NCBI GenBank assembly: GCA_003598135.1
Contig: QZKA01000024.1
Location: forward strand, 619 to 64,618
DNA length: 64,000 nucleotides
Origin: Candidatus Omnitrophota bacterium
Lineage (GTDB): Bacteria > Omnitrophota > Gorgyraeia > Gygaellales > Profunditerraquicolaceae
Direction: 5' to 3'
The position numbers and the translations under genes were made by a program. This document shows, piece after piece, positions 18,555 through 28,329 of this stretch. Position 1 is the stretch's first letter; each line of letters begins with the position of its first letter. The notes beneath the pieces were generated by a model. That model was not told the DNA's origin. It searched no databases and worked only from the letters and a program-made list of their open reading frames with translations.

Positions 18555-18892
18555 GTATTGAGTATAGAGTATTGAGCATAGAGTAAAAACAAACCATTCG
18601 GGAAATTCTAAACTCTAAGTCTTAAATTCTAAACAAATTTCAAATCCCAAGCGTTAAATCACAAATAAGCTCCAAATCTCAATCACCGAATTACCAAAGC
18701 GGGACAGTTTCGGCCATTGGTCCTTTGGGCATTGGGATTTATTTGGAATTTGAGTTTTGGAATTTGTGATTTGTCATTTGCCTGCCTGCCGCCTGTCCGA
18801 CGCCTGCCTGACGGCAGTCAGGGCAGTCAGGATAGGCAGGGTGCTTTGGTATTTGTCATTTACTCAATACACAATACTCTGTACTCAATACG
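18555..18892. mobile_element. MITE-like repeat element (~340 bp) bounded by inverted module-A copies, with the copy 4 core inverted inside
   Basis: gtattgagtatagagtattgagcatagagta at the left and tactcaatacacaatactctgtactcaatacg at the right. The internal tttgggcattgggatttatttggaatttgagttttg...gctttggtatttgtcatt is the reverse complement of the 11745-11830 core. A GC-rich palindrome cctgacggcagtcagg lies at about 18805-18835. Confidence 0.6.
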
Positions 18893-18893
18893 A

Positions 18894-21800
18894 TTAAATA
18901 ACTAACGAGAGCCTTTCTTCTCCGAGCAGGTTTTCGATATCGCTAATGAGATGTTCGGATGGATCGATATAGAGGTCCTTACCGACAACAAGTTGCACGT
19001 TTGTTTTGTTAGGAGTATCCAGGCGAAGGTACACAGGGGTCTTTCCGGGAGAACCGCTTAAGAGTTCTTTGAGGCTTTCAAAGATCGATTCACGCAAACC
19101 TAACAGATTGATCTGTAAGGCCGTTACGAGCTTATATACTTCTTCAACCGGAAAGATCTCGTTGGCAATGATTTTAGGAGTATCTTCTTTTAAGTTGAGC
19201 CTCCCTTTTACCATCACTGCGAGGTTTGGTTGCACGTAAAGATGGTTTTTCTGGTAGGATACCGGAAAAACAAGGACCTCGATTACCCCCTCAAGGTCTT
19301 CAACCAGCATTATCGCCATTTTTTCTTGCTTGGCGCGGGTAATGGTGTGCTTGACCTTGGCAATAAGGCCAATAATCGTAACAGGGTCCTGGTCTTTGAA
19401 ATTAGGCAAGTCGCGTATGGTCGTCGAGGAAAAGCGCTTCAATTGTTTTGCGTACCGAGCCAGAGGATGGCCTGAAATATAAAATCCGAGCATTTCTTTT
19501 TCAAAAGCGAGTAATTGAGGCTCAGGCCACTCCTTGACTTCAGCCTGTTCAATGAGCGAAACAGAATCTATAAACCCATGGGCATCAAACTCTTTGTCAA
19601 AAAAGGACAGCTGGCCCTTCGCTTTGTCTCGGCGCGAACTCGAAGAAAATTCCAGTATTTTTTCAAGAGACGCGAACATCTGCGCCCTGTTTTTTCTGAA
19701 AGAATCGAATGCCCCGCATTTTATCAGGCTCTCAAGCACCTTTTTATTCACCAGCCTTAGGTCAATACGCTGGCACAAATCTTCCAGGGTCGTAAACGTC
19801 CCGGATTCGTTCCTGGCATTAACGACTGAAACGATCGCTCCCCTGCCGACATTTTTAACCGCAAGCAGCCCGAACCGGATTGATGTATCATTTTCGATTT
19901 TAAAAAGCGCGTCGCTTTCGTTTATATCCGGTGGAGATATAGTAATGCCCATCTTTTCCGCCTCATTGACATATTCAACGATCTTATCCGTATTATCCCG
20001 CTCAGAGGTTAGAAGCGCGGTCATAAACTCAATCGGAAAATTCGACTTAAGGAATGCGGTCCTGTACGAAATGAGGGCGTACGCTGCGCTGTGGCTACGG
20101 TTAAAGCCATAACCTGAGAAGAAGACGATCTGATCGAATATCTTTTTTGCTGTTGCTTCATTCAACCCGTTCTTTACGCACCCTGAAGTGAAGTGTTTGC
20201 GCTGTTGCTCCATTACTTCGGGAATCTTCTTGCTCATTGCGCGCCTGAGCAAATCTGCTTCTGCAAGGCTGAAGCCCGCAAGGCTTGAGACAATCTGCAT
20301 GATCTGTTCCTGGTACACCATGATACCGTAGGTATCTTTCAAGATGGGTTCGAGCTTTTTATGGTCATAGCGTATGGGTATTTTATTTCTTTTCCTCTGG
20401 ATAAAATCAGTTAACATCCCTGAGCCCATAGGGCCAGGTCGGTAGAGCGCTAAAAGCGCAATCAGGTCTTCGAAGCGTTCCGGCTCAAGCTTCTTTAAAA
20501 GGTCGCGCATCCCGGAACTTTCGAGTTGGAACACCCCCATTGTGTGTGCCGAGGCGAGCAGTTTATATGTAGTCGCGTTATCCAGAGGGATATTCTCGAT
20601 ATCTATATCCTCACCCTTATGGCGCTTGATCAATTTAAGGGTTTCATCGATAACGGTCAGAGTCCTTAAGCCCAGGAAGTCTACCTTCAGCAGGCCGATT
20701 TTCTCAAGGGCCGTCATATCAAAACCACTGGTAATCTGATCGTCCTGCGTTTTGAATAACGGCATATAATTATTGAGCGGCTTATCGGCAATAACTACCC
20801 CTGCGGCATGAATAGAAGCGTGCCGGTTAAGTCCTTCCAGCGGCAATGCAGTATCAATTAGTTTGGTTATCTGCGCATCGTTGTTGAATAAATTCTTCAG
20901 TTCCGGTTCACTCTCCAGGGCGTCTTTAAGCGTAATATTTGGGTCGGGCGGAATCATTTTGGCGATCCGGTCAACGTCCGCATACGCCATTCCCATGACC
21001 CTGCCTACGTCCCTGATAACCGCACGCGCCTGCATTGTGCCAAATGTAATAATTTGGGCAACGTTTTCCTGTCCGTATTTCTTGGTCACATAATCAATAA
21101 CTTCCTGCCTGCGCTCATAACAGAAATCGATATCAATGTCCGGAAGGCCCTGCCTCTCAGGGTTGAGAAAACGCTCAAATAGCAGGTTATAACGCAAGGG
21201 GTCAATGTCTGTAATGCCGAGTAAAAAACTCACCAGGCTTCCTGCCGCAGAGCCCCTGCCCGGCCCAACCGGGATATGCTGGCTCTTTGCATAATGGATA
21301 AAATCCCATACAATGAGAAAATAACTGGTAAAGCCCATATCCTTTATGATTTTTAATTCATGGTCTAGCCGTGCGCGCACGCCTTCAGGCTGCGTGCCAT
21401 ACCGCTTAGAGAGGCCCTCAATGCATAACTGACGCAGGAATTCCTCTTTTGTCTTGCCTTCCGGCGGGACATATTTGGGGATATGGACCGAGGAGAAATT
21501 TAGCTCCAGATTACAACGCTCGGCAATCGCCTTGGTATTATAAATAGCTTCGGGAACTTCCCTGAAGGCCTCTTTCATTTCTTCTGGCGATTTGAAATAA
21601 AATTCGTCGGTCTGGAAACGCATACGGTTGGGGTCATTGAGGGTAGTCTGGGTCTGTATACATAGAAGCGCCTCGTGAGACCTTGCCCGGTCTTTGGTAA
21701 GGTAATGCACGTCATTAGTAGCAACAAGGCCCAGGCCCAGCTCTTTTGCAATCTTCAGCAAGCCCTGGTTTACGATCTTTTGTTCAGGGATTTTATTTTC

Positions 21801-22337
21801 CTGGAGCTCAAGGTAAAAATGCTCCTTGCCGAGGATATGCAGGAAATCATCCGCGGTTTTTAAGGCGTCGTTGAACCTATTTTGCTGCAGGAGAGAAGGA
21901 ATTTCTCCCTTAAGGCAGGCGCTTAATCCGATCAGCCCTTTACTGTGGGCAGCCAAAAGCTCTTTGTCGATTCGCGGCCTATAATAAAACCCGTCGATGT
22001 AGGCCTTAGAGACCAATTTCATTAAATTTTGCAGCCCTGTTTCGTCGCGCACCAGAAGAATAAAATGGTGCGCTGCTTCCTCAATGCTGCCCGTATCTTT
22101 ATCCAGGTGGCTTTTAGGCGCTATATACGCTTCGCAGCCGATAATCGGCTTGATTCCCGCTTTTTGCGCACCCAGGTAGAAATCTATTGCCCCGAACATG
22201 TTGCCGTGGTCGGTAATTGCCAAAGAGTCCATATTGTATTGCGCGGCTAGATTGAGGAGCTCGGGAATGCGGCAGGCACCATCAAGTAGGCTGTACTGCG
22301 TATGGAGGTGTAAATGGATGAAGTCGGAACGCGGCAT
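18894..22337 (-). CDS. dnaE: DNA polymerase III alpha subunit
   Basis: 1147 aa with an N-terminal PHP domain (LHLHTQYSLLDGA), polymerase core and OB fold. Confidence 0.9.
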   Translation of the reverse strand: MPRSDFIHLHLHTQYSLLDGACRIPELLNLAAQYNMDSLAITDHGNMFGAIDFYLGAQKAGIKPIIGCEAYIAPKSHLDKDTGSIEEAAHHFILLVRDETGLQNLMKLVSKAYIDGFYYRPRIDKELLAAHSKGLIGLSACLKGEIPSLLQQNRFNDALKTADDFLHILGKEHFYLELQENKIPEQKIVNQGLLKIAKELGLGLVATNDVHYLTKDRARSHEALLCIQTQTTLNDPNRMRFQTDEFYFKSPEEMKEAFREVPEAIYNTKAIAERCNLELNFSSVHIPKYVPPEGKTKEEFLRQLCIEGLSKRYGTQPEGVRARLDHELKIIKDMGFTSYFLIVWDFIHYAKSQHIPVGPGRGSAAGSLVSFLLGITDIDPLRYNLLFERFLNPERQGLPDIDIDFCYERRQEVIDYVTKKYGQENVAQIITFGTMQARAVIRDVGRVMGMAYADVDRIAKMIPPDPNITLKDALESEPELKNLFNNDAQITKLIDTALPLEGLNRHASIHAAGVVIADKPLNNYMPLFKTQDDQITSGFDMTALEKIGLLKVDFLGLRTLTVIDETLKLIKRHKGEDIDIENIPLDNATTYKLLASAHTMGVFQLESSGMRDLLKKLEPERFEDLIALLALYRPGPMGSGMLTDFIQRKRNKIPIRYDHKKLEPILKDTYGIMVYQEQIMQIVSSLAGFSLAEADLLRRAMSKKIPEVMEQQRKHFTSGCVKNGLNEATAKKIFDQIVFFSGYGFNRSHSAAYALISYRTAFLKSNFPIEFMTALLTSERDNTDKIVEYVNEAEKMGITISPPDINESDALFKIENDTSIRFGLLAVKNVGRGAIVSVVNARNESGTFTTLEDLCQRIDLRLVNKKVLESLIKCGAFDSFRKNRAQMFASLEKILEFSSSSRRDKAKGQLSFFDKEFDAHGFIDSVSLIEQAEVKEWPEPQLLAFEKEMLGFYISGHPLARYAKQLKRFSSTTIRDLPNFKDQDPVTIIGLIAKVKHTITRAKQEKMAIMLVEDLEGVIEVLVFPVSYQKNHLYVQPNLAVMVKGRLNLKEDTPKIIANEIFPVEEVYKLVTALQINLLGLRESIFESLKELLSGSPGKTPVYLRLDTPNKTNVQLVVGKDLYIDPSEHLISDIENLLGEERLSLVI

Positions 22338-22413
22338 GGTTTGGAATGAGATAATTTAAACTATCGGCTATGGACTATCGACTATAAGCCCATCTAAAGA
22401 ATTGCGTAGTAAC

Positions 22414-23955
22414 CTATTCCCACTCTATTGTTGCAGGAGGCTTTGAGGTGATGTCATAAACGACGCGGTTGACGCCCTTGACCTCGTTGATGATCCTGTT
22501 TGAGAGCCTCTCCAGAAGCTCTGGAGGCAGTTTAACCCAGTCGGCAGTCATGCCGTCAACACTGGAAACGCAACGAATAGCGACTACGTTTTCATACGTC
22601 CGTTCATCGCCCATAACACCCACGCTTTTAATAGGCAGAAGTATCGCAAACGACTGCCATATCTGCTTGGAGAGATTTTCCTTTTGAATTTCCTCCATCA
22701 CCCTGAAATCAACTTCCCTTAAGATGTTGAGGCGTTCTGGGGTTATTTCGCCGATTATACGGATAGCAAGGCCAGGCCCGGGAAAGGGCTGACGAAATAA
22801 AATGGAATCAGGCAAACCGAGTTCCCTGCCGATCTGACGGACCTCGTCTTTAAATAGCTCCCTCAAGGGCTCTATCAATTTCAGTTTCATATGCTCGGGA
22901 AGCCCTCCGACGTTGTGGTGGCTTTTGATCTTACTTGAAGGCGAGCCGATCGGAGAAAGGGATTCAATGACGTCGGGATAGAGTGTTCCCTGCGCGAGAA
23001 ATTTTACTCCCTTGATCTTTTTTGCCTCTGCTTCGAAGATCTTGATGAATTCGTTGCCGATTATTTTTCTTTTCTCTTCAGGGTCGATAACCCCTTTAAG
23101 GCGGGTAAGAAATCGCTTGCTAGCTTCTACGTAATCAAGATTGAGCCGGAAATTGCTTCGGAACACTTGTTTGATCTGGTCGGGCTCGTCTTTTCTGAGT
23201 ACGCCGTTATTGATAAAGATACAGCGGGAATTCCTTTTAACGGCCCTGTGCAATAAAAGCGCGGTTACCGATGAATCAACCCCGCCACTTAACCCAAGCA
23301 CGACCTTATTCTTGCCAACAGTTTTACGTATCTCTTCTATTGTCTGTTTGATGAAGGAATGCATGTTCCAGCGTCCAGAACAACTGCAAATCTTAAGTAG
23401 AAAATTGCTTAGAATGTGATTGCCTTTTTCGGTATGGGTGACTTCCGGGTGGAACTGGACGCCGTAAATCTTACGGGCGCGGTGCCCCATAGCCGCTATA
23501 GGAGAATTTAAGGTATGGGCAATGATACTAAAGCCCGGGGGAACCTTGGTTACATAATCGCCATGGCTTGCCCAGCAGGTAAAATTGCCGGGGAGCGAAC
23601 TGAAAAGCGAACGGTTATCATCGATAAAAATTTCGGCCTTACCGTATTCCCTCGCTTTTGTATGCTTTGTCCGTCCTCCCAAAAGCTGCGCAATCGCCTG
23701 CATCCCGTAACAAACTCCCAGCACCGGAATGCCGAGCTTAAAAATTCGAGCATCGGGCAAAGGGCTTTTCTTATCAACTACCGATGAAGGGCCGCCTGAA
23801 AGGATTATTCCCTTGGGAGAGAGTTCAGTTATCTCCTTGGCAGTTATATTGTAGGGTACGATCCTTGAGAAAATTTTATGCTCCCTGATGCGCCGCGCGA
23901 TAAGCTGGGTGTACTGGGAGCCAAAATCAAGAATCAATATTATTTCCTGTTTCAT
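22414..23955 (-). CDS. guaA: GMP synthase (glutamine-hydrolysing)
   Basis: GATase domain with catalytic GVCYGMQ, then the ATP-PPase motif SGGVDSSV and the C-terminal dimerisation domain. Confidence 0.9.
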   Translation of the reverse strand: MKQEIILILDFGSQYTQLIARRIREHKIFSRIVPYNITAKEITELSPKGIILSGGPSSVVDKKSPLPDARIFKLGIPVLGVCYGMQAIAQLLGGRTKHTKAREYGKAEIFIDDNRSLFSSLPGNFTCWASHGDYVTKVPPGFSIIAHTLNSPIAAMGHRARKIYGVQFHPEVTHTEKGNHILSNFLLKICSCSGRWNMHSFIKQTIEEIRKTVGKNKVVLGLSGGVDSSVTALLLHRAVKRNSRCIFINNGVLRKDEPDQIKQVFRSNFRLNLDYVEASKRFLTRLKGVIDPEEKRKIIGNEFIKIFEAEAKKIKGVKFLAQGTLYPDVIESLSPIGSPSSKIKSHHNVGGLPEHMKLKLIEPLRELFKDEVRQIGRELGLPDSILFRQPFPGPGLAIRIIGEITPERLNILREVDFRVMEEIQKENLSKQIWQSFAILLPIKSVGVMGDERTYENVVAIRCVSSVDGMTADWVKLPPELLERLSNRIINEVKGVNRVVYDITSKPPATIEWE

Positions 23956-25112
23956 TTGCCCATCCCCACTCTCTGGCCGACCTGAAAGATTTTTCCTTCG
24001 GTTTGTATTGAAGGCGCAATAATAATTTCTACATCATGCATCTCTTTTATATTTGCGGCACCCAAAGAACCCATGGAGGTCTTTAGCGCTCCCATCAAAT
24101 TTTGTGAGCCGTCATCGACCCTGGCAGGACCGAAAAGGATCTCTTTTAAACTCCCTGTAGTTCCGACATAAATTCGCGTGCCTCTGGGTAAATTGACATT
24201 TGAAGTTGCCATGCCCCAATGATAGCCTCCGCCCGGAGCTTCCTTTGCCCTGGCAAAGCTGGAACCAATCATTACTGCATCGGCTCCGCTGGCAAAGGCC
24301 TTACAGATATCTCCACCCCTGTTCATGCCGCCGTCAGTAATGATGGTCACGTACTTGCCAGTCCTCTTAAAATAAAAATCCCTCGCGGCAGCCGCGTCAA
24401 CAGTTGCGGTTACCTGAGGCACCCCAATGCCTAATACCCCCCTTGTGGTACAGGCAGCGCCAGGGCCTATTCCGATGAGCAGGCCCATAACGCCTGTCGA
24501 CATAAGGTCAAGGGTTGTTCCGTAAGTAACGCTGTTACCCACGACAACGGGAATTTTCATTTTTTTACAGAAGGCATATAAATCAAGGCTTTTATATTCT
24601 GTAGCTATATGCTTGGTGGAAGTAACAGTAGATTGTATCATAAAATAATCTGCGCCGGCAGAAACTGCGATTTTTGCAAAACGATCTGCATGGGAAGGGA
24701 TACAGCTTACCGCTGCGATACCGCCTTTGTGCTTAATCTGGGAAACCCTCTTGGCAATAAGCTTTTCTTTGATTGGCTTGGTATAGATTTCCTGAATGAG
24801 TTGGGTAGCTTCTTGGGGCGTTGCTGATGCGATTCTTTCCAAGACAACTTCCGGGTTCTCGTAGCGGGTCTGGACTCCGTCAAGGTTTATCACTGCTAGG
24901 CCGTTGAGTTTTGACATAGTTACCGCGAACTTTACATCTACTACGCCGTCCATAGCAGCAGCCAGTATAGGCACTTTAAATTTCCTTTTGCCAAGCTCAA
25001 AAGAAGTATCTACCTCTGCAGGATTTATGGTCTGATTACCCGGCACAAGGGCAATCTCATCAAATCCGTAACACCTGCGGGCTCTCCTGCCCATCCCGAT
25101 CCATTCTCCCAT
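23952..25112 (-). CDS. IMP dehydrogenase family protein lacking the CBS subdomain (GuaB-like)
   Basis: TIM barrel with active-site loop [11 protein letters not shown] (IMPDH has GIGPGSICTTR). At 386 aa there is no CBS pair. Confidence 0.75.
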   Translation of the reverse strand: MGEWIGMGRRARRCYGFDEIALVPGNQTINPAEVDTSFELGKRKFKVPILAAAMDGVVDVKFAVTMSKLNGLAVINLDGVQTRYENPEVVLERIASATPQEATQLIQEIYTKPIKEKLIAKRVSQIKHKGGIAAVSCIPSHADRFAKIAVSAGADYFMIQSTVTSTKHIATEYKSLDLYAFCKKMKIPVVVGNSVTYGTTLDLMSTGVMGLLIGIGPGAACTTRGVLGIGVPQVTATVDAAAARDFYFKRTGKYVTIITDGGMNRGGDICKAFASGADAVMIGSSFARAKEAPGGGYHWGMATSNVNLPRGTRIYVGTTGSLKEILFGPARVDDGSQNLMGALKTSMGSLGAANIKEMHDVEIIIAPSIQTEGKIFQVGQRVGMGK

Positions 25113-25253
25113 CTTTTCTCCTTATTGTAACTTATTATTTTTCAATAGGTTATAAATGAACAAATCTAAATTTTTTGGGAATATGTGAATTTTATACTAA
25201 TAATCCTCTTTTGTCAACATTTATTTTTCAAAAAATTTAATGATATTGGCAGC

Positions 25254-25281
25254 TTTACAAAAAAATTATTTCTGCTATAAT
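25254..25281 (+). promoter_or_regulatory. putative sigma70-type promoter for the exeA-like gene
   Basis: tttaca at 25254-25259, a 16-nt spacer, then tataat at 25276-25281. A GAGGAAG ribosome-binding site lies 4 nt before the ATG at 25306. Confidence 0.4.
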
Positions 25282-25305
25282 ATGAACACAACAACAGAGG
25301 AAGCA

Positions 25306-26130
25306 ATGTATTGTAAATATTATGGATTAAAGGAAATGCCGTTTAATGTCACTGCTGACCCCACCTTCTTTTTTATGAGCCACCAGCATAAGGAGGCCCT
25401 CTCGCATCTTCTTTACGGAGTAAACCAACGCAAAGGAATAATCGTGATCACCGGTGAAATCGGCACCGGAAAAACCACGCTGTGCCGTTTCTTCCTTGAT
25501 CAGCTGGGAAAAAATGTAAAGACCGCTTTTATATTGAACCCGAATTTCTCAGAGCTTCAGCTGCTTGAAGCGATAGTCAGGGATTTCGGCGTTCAGATCA
25601 AGAACAAGACCAGGCTTGGTTTTATCTGGGAACTAAACAGGTTCCTGATTGAAGAGGCCAAGGCTGGCAATAACGTAGTGCTTATTATCGATGAAGCCCA
25701 GAATTTGAAACCCCACCAACTTGAACAGGTCCGCCTCCTTTCCAATCTTGAGACCGAAAAGGATAAGCTCATCCAAATAATACTGGTCGGCCAGCCCGAG
25801 CTAAACCATAAATTAAGCCTCTATGAATTACGGCAGCTACAACAAAGAATAATGGTGCGTTACCACATAATCCCCATAGAAAAAAAGGAGCTTGCAGAAT
25901 ACATCCGTCACCGGCTTAAGATTGCAGGCTCTGAGGATACTGTCAGCTTCAAGGACGATGCGATCGAATTGATCTCCGTTTTCTCAAGAGGCACACCGCG
26001 GCTGATTAATATTATTTGCGACCGGTCGCTTTTAGCAGGATTTGTCGCAGAGACAAAAGTCATTGACGGCAGCCTTGTCAAGAAATGCATCGCGGAACTC
26101 GAAACCTCGCTACAGCCGACTATTCTATGA
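25306..26130 (+). CDS. ExeA/GspA-like AAA+ ATPase
   Basis: MYCKYYGLKEMPF resembles the MYxxHFGLxxxPF start of ExeA. Walker A is GEIGTGKTT. The start was refined from the ORF track value of 25240 using the promoter and RBS. Confidence 0.75.
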   Translation: MYCKYYGLKEMPFNVTADPTFFFMSHQHKEALSHLLYGVNQRKGIIVITGEIGTGKTTLCRFFLDQLGKNVKTAFILNPNFSELQLLEAIVRDFGVQIKNKTRLGFIWELNRFLIEEAKAGNNVVLIIDEAQNLKPHQLEQVRLLSNLETEKDKLIQIILVGQPELNHKLSLYELRQLQQRIMVRYHIIPIEKKELAEYIRHRLKIAGSEDTVSFKDDAIELISVFSRGTPRLINIICDRSLLAGFVAETKVIDGSLVKKCIAELETSLQPTIL

Positions 26131-26618
26131 GCATTATTTACGAAGCGTTAAAAAAACTAGGCAAACACCCCGCGCAGCACCAAGCACAAGTCGAATCACC
26201 TTCAATTATTCAAAAGGCAAAAACTAGGCCGGTTGCTATATATATAATCCTTGCGATCACAGGAATGTTTATTGCCAAAAAAGGGTTTGATTATCTTTTC
26301 CCTCCGCTTCCAAATACCCCGAGCTCTGTACAAACTGCGCCGGTTTCGCCTGTTCAGCCTGCCGTACACGAAGCGCCTCTCCTTCCTCTCCCGGCACCTG
26401 CGGTAGTAGAAAACGAAGCTGTGCCTCAAACCGAACCCAGGGAACAATACACCTTAAATGGGGTGTTCTCTTCTGGAAATGACAGCTATGCCCTGATTAA
26501 TAATCAGATTGTGAGGCTGGGTGAAAAAGTGGATGGCGCAACAGTAGAAAAAATCACCGCGGATTCCGTAGAGTTAAGTACCCAGGAAGGACAGCTCATA
26601 CTCACCAACCGCCGTTAA
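26127..26618 (+). CDS. hypothetical single-TM protein with a proline-rich linker (possible GspB/ExeB-like partner)
   Basis: The ATG overlaps the exeA-like stop (atga). It has a TM helix IYIILAITGMFIA, a P-rich segment, and a C-terminal beta-rich domain. Assignment by context only. Confidence 0.45.
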   Translation: MSIIYEALKKLGKHPAQHQAQVESPSIIQKAKTRPVAIYIILAITGMFIAKKGFDYLFPPLPNTPSSVQTAPVSPVQPAVHEAPLLPLPAPAVVENEAVPQTEPREQYTLNGVFSSGNDSYALINNQIVRLGEKVDGATVEKITADSVELSTQEGQLILTNRR

Positions 26619-27709
26619 GGCTTTAGTATTGACCGGATTGCCTTCTTGACGGCCGACAAGTTAACGTTACGCACGATTATTGGCCTGCCAATGCCTTTCA
26701 GTAAGACAAATTTGTTCTCAAGGCCAGTGAACTTCTTATCGTGGCGATAGGCCGTAACAATTGCTTTAAGGGCAACCCTTGAGGCTTTTTGCGGTAATCC
26801 TATTTCTTTTAAAAGCCTGGTTATGCGGGCGGCCAAAGAGTTATTTATATACCCTAATTCCTGGCTTATGGCAATTGCTGCCAACATCCCAAGAGCAACT
26901 GCTTCTCCGTGACTAAAGCGCGAATACCCACATGCTGCTTCCACGGCATGCCCGATAGTGTGCCCGAAATTAAGTATCGTCCTTAACCCTTTTGCTTCTT
27001 TCTCGTCTTTTCCGACAATCTCCGACTTTATCTCCACGCAACGATAAATTACACGCCTGAGCGCTGGTTCATCTTTCTTAAGAAGTAAGCGGTAATTTTT
27101 CTCAATATAGGCAAAAAGGCTCGCATCCCGGATAAGGCCGTACTTTATTGCTTCTGAAAGGCCATTTTTTATCTGAGCTAAAGGCAGGCTCCGCAGGAGC
27201 GAGATATCAACAACCACTAACCTGGGCTGATAAAAACTTCCAATAAGGTTTTTTGCTTCTTTAAGGTCAACGGCAGTTTTTCCTCCGATACTGGAATCGA
27301 TCTGTGCTAGAAAAGTAGTGGGAACCTGCACATAGGGCACACCCCGCCTATAAATGGAGGCAATAAAGCCTGAGAGGTCTCCGACAACCCCTCCGCCGAA
27401 GGCAATGATACACAAGCGGCTTCTTGATCCTATCCGCGCCAGTTTTCTGATTACTAAAGAGGCGACTTTTAGGGACTTGCTCGCTTCGCTATCAGGAACC
27501 AGGCACCAGGTAAAATTGAGGCTTTTTGCGGTAAGAGATTTTTTGAGTTGAGTTCCGTATTTTTTCTTAATAAAAGGGGTGGTAATTATGAAGGCGTGGT
27601 CTCCCAGGCCATTTGTAACAAGCAGCTGCCCAAGGGAAGCCAGATTGCCGCTGCCGATAAGGATTGCATAGGAATTGCGTTTTAGCCTGACTTTTAGTTT
27701 TTTCATCAA
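26615..27709 (-). CDS. aroB: 3-dehydroquinate synthase
   Basis: Glycine-rich NAD-binding loop and the metal-binding motif GHTIGHAVE. Confidence 0.88.
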   Translation of the reverse strand: MMKKLKVRLKRNSYAILIGSGNLASLGQLLVTNGLGDHAFIITTPFIKKKYGTQLKKSLTAKSLNFTWCLVPDSEASKSLKVASLVIRKLARIGSRSRLCIIAFGGGVVGDLSGFIASIYRRGVPYVQVPTTFLAQIDSSIGGKTAVDLKEAKNLIGSFYQPRLVVVDISLLRSLPLAQIKNGLSEAIKYGLIRDASLFAYIEKNYRLLLKKDEPALRRVIYRCVEIKSEIVGKDEKEAKGLRTILNFGHTIGHAVEAACGYSRFSHGEAVALGMLAAIAISQELGYINNSLAARITRLLKEIGLPQKASRVALKAIVTAYRHDKKFTGLENKFVLLKGIGRPIIVRNVNLSAVKKAIRSILKP

Positions 27710-27711
27710 TT

Positions 27712-28329
27712 CTAGAAAGGATTCGCGAGCAAAGAGGCGATGAGCCTGATTACGGGCCAGACAAAAACATCAAACACGCCAAGCCAAAGAAGGATGATGA
27801 TGATAAAGAAGCCATACGGTTCTAAGCTCGCATAGCGCTCAGAAAGGTCACGAGGTAAAATGCCGGCGACGATCCTTGAGCCGTCAAGCGGAGGTATGGG
27901 CACAAGGTTGAATATCCCCAGCACGACATTGATGAAAATAAGATTATACAAAACGAGGCTTAACCCGCTGTGCGATGGCAAAAACCTAAGGAGTATCGAT
28001 GAAGCCACTGCAAAAAGAAGATTGGCCAACGGTCCGCTTAGCCCGATCAGCACCATATCCCGCTTTGGGTTACGTAGGGCAAGATAATTTATAGGAACGG
28101 GTTTTGCCGCACCGAATACAAACTGTCCATTGGTTGCAATAAGCAGCATAAGCGGCAGAAGCACAGTCCCTACCGGGTCGATATGCGCAAGCGGGTTAAG
28201 AGTAAGCCTTCCGAGATATTTGGCAGTGGTGTCCCCCAACCGGTACGCAGTCCAGCCGTGCGCAAATTCATGCACGCTCATTGCGATCATAAGAAGGCCG
28301 AATAGTACGATAAAATAAGGTATGTTCAT
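27712..28329 (-). CDS. site-2 protease family (M50) membrane metalloprotease
   Basis: HEFAHGWTA is an HExxH motif inside TM1, and the protein is multi-TM. Confidence 0.75.
   Translation of the reverse strand: MNIPYFIVLFGLLMIAMSVHEFAHGWTAYRLGDTTAKYLGRLTLNPLAHIDPVGTVLLPLMLLIATNGQFVFGAAKPVPINYLALRNPKRDMVLIGLSGPLANLLFAVASSILLRFLPSHSGLSLVLYNLIFINVVLGIFNLVPIPPLDGSRIVAGILPRDLSERYASLEPYGFFIIIILLWLGVFDVFVWPVIRLIASLLANPF

Noticed and set aside
19534-20112. 192-aa plus-strand ORF
   Set aside because: Antisense within dnaE, with no recognisable motifs. This is typical of spurious ORFs on the strand opposite a long gene.
22338-22413. Short ctatcgactata-like motif between dnaE and guaA, also seen near 11870, considered as a regulatory repeat
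   Set aside because: There are only two short, imperfect occurrences, too few to call a family or a binding site.
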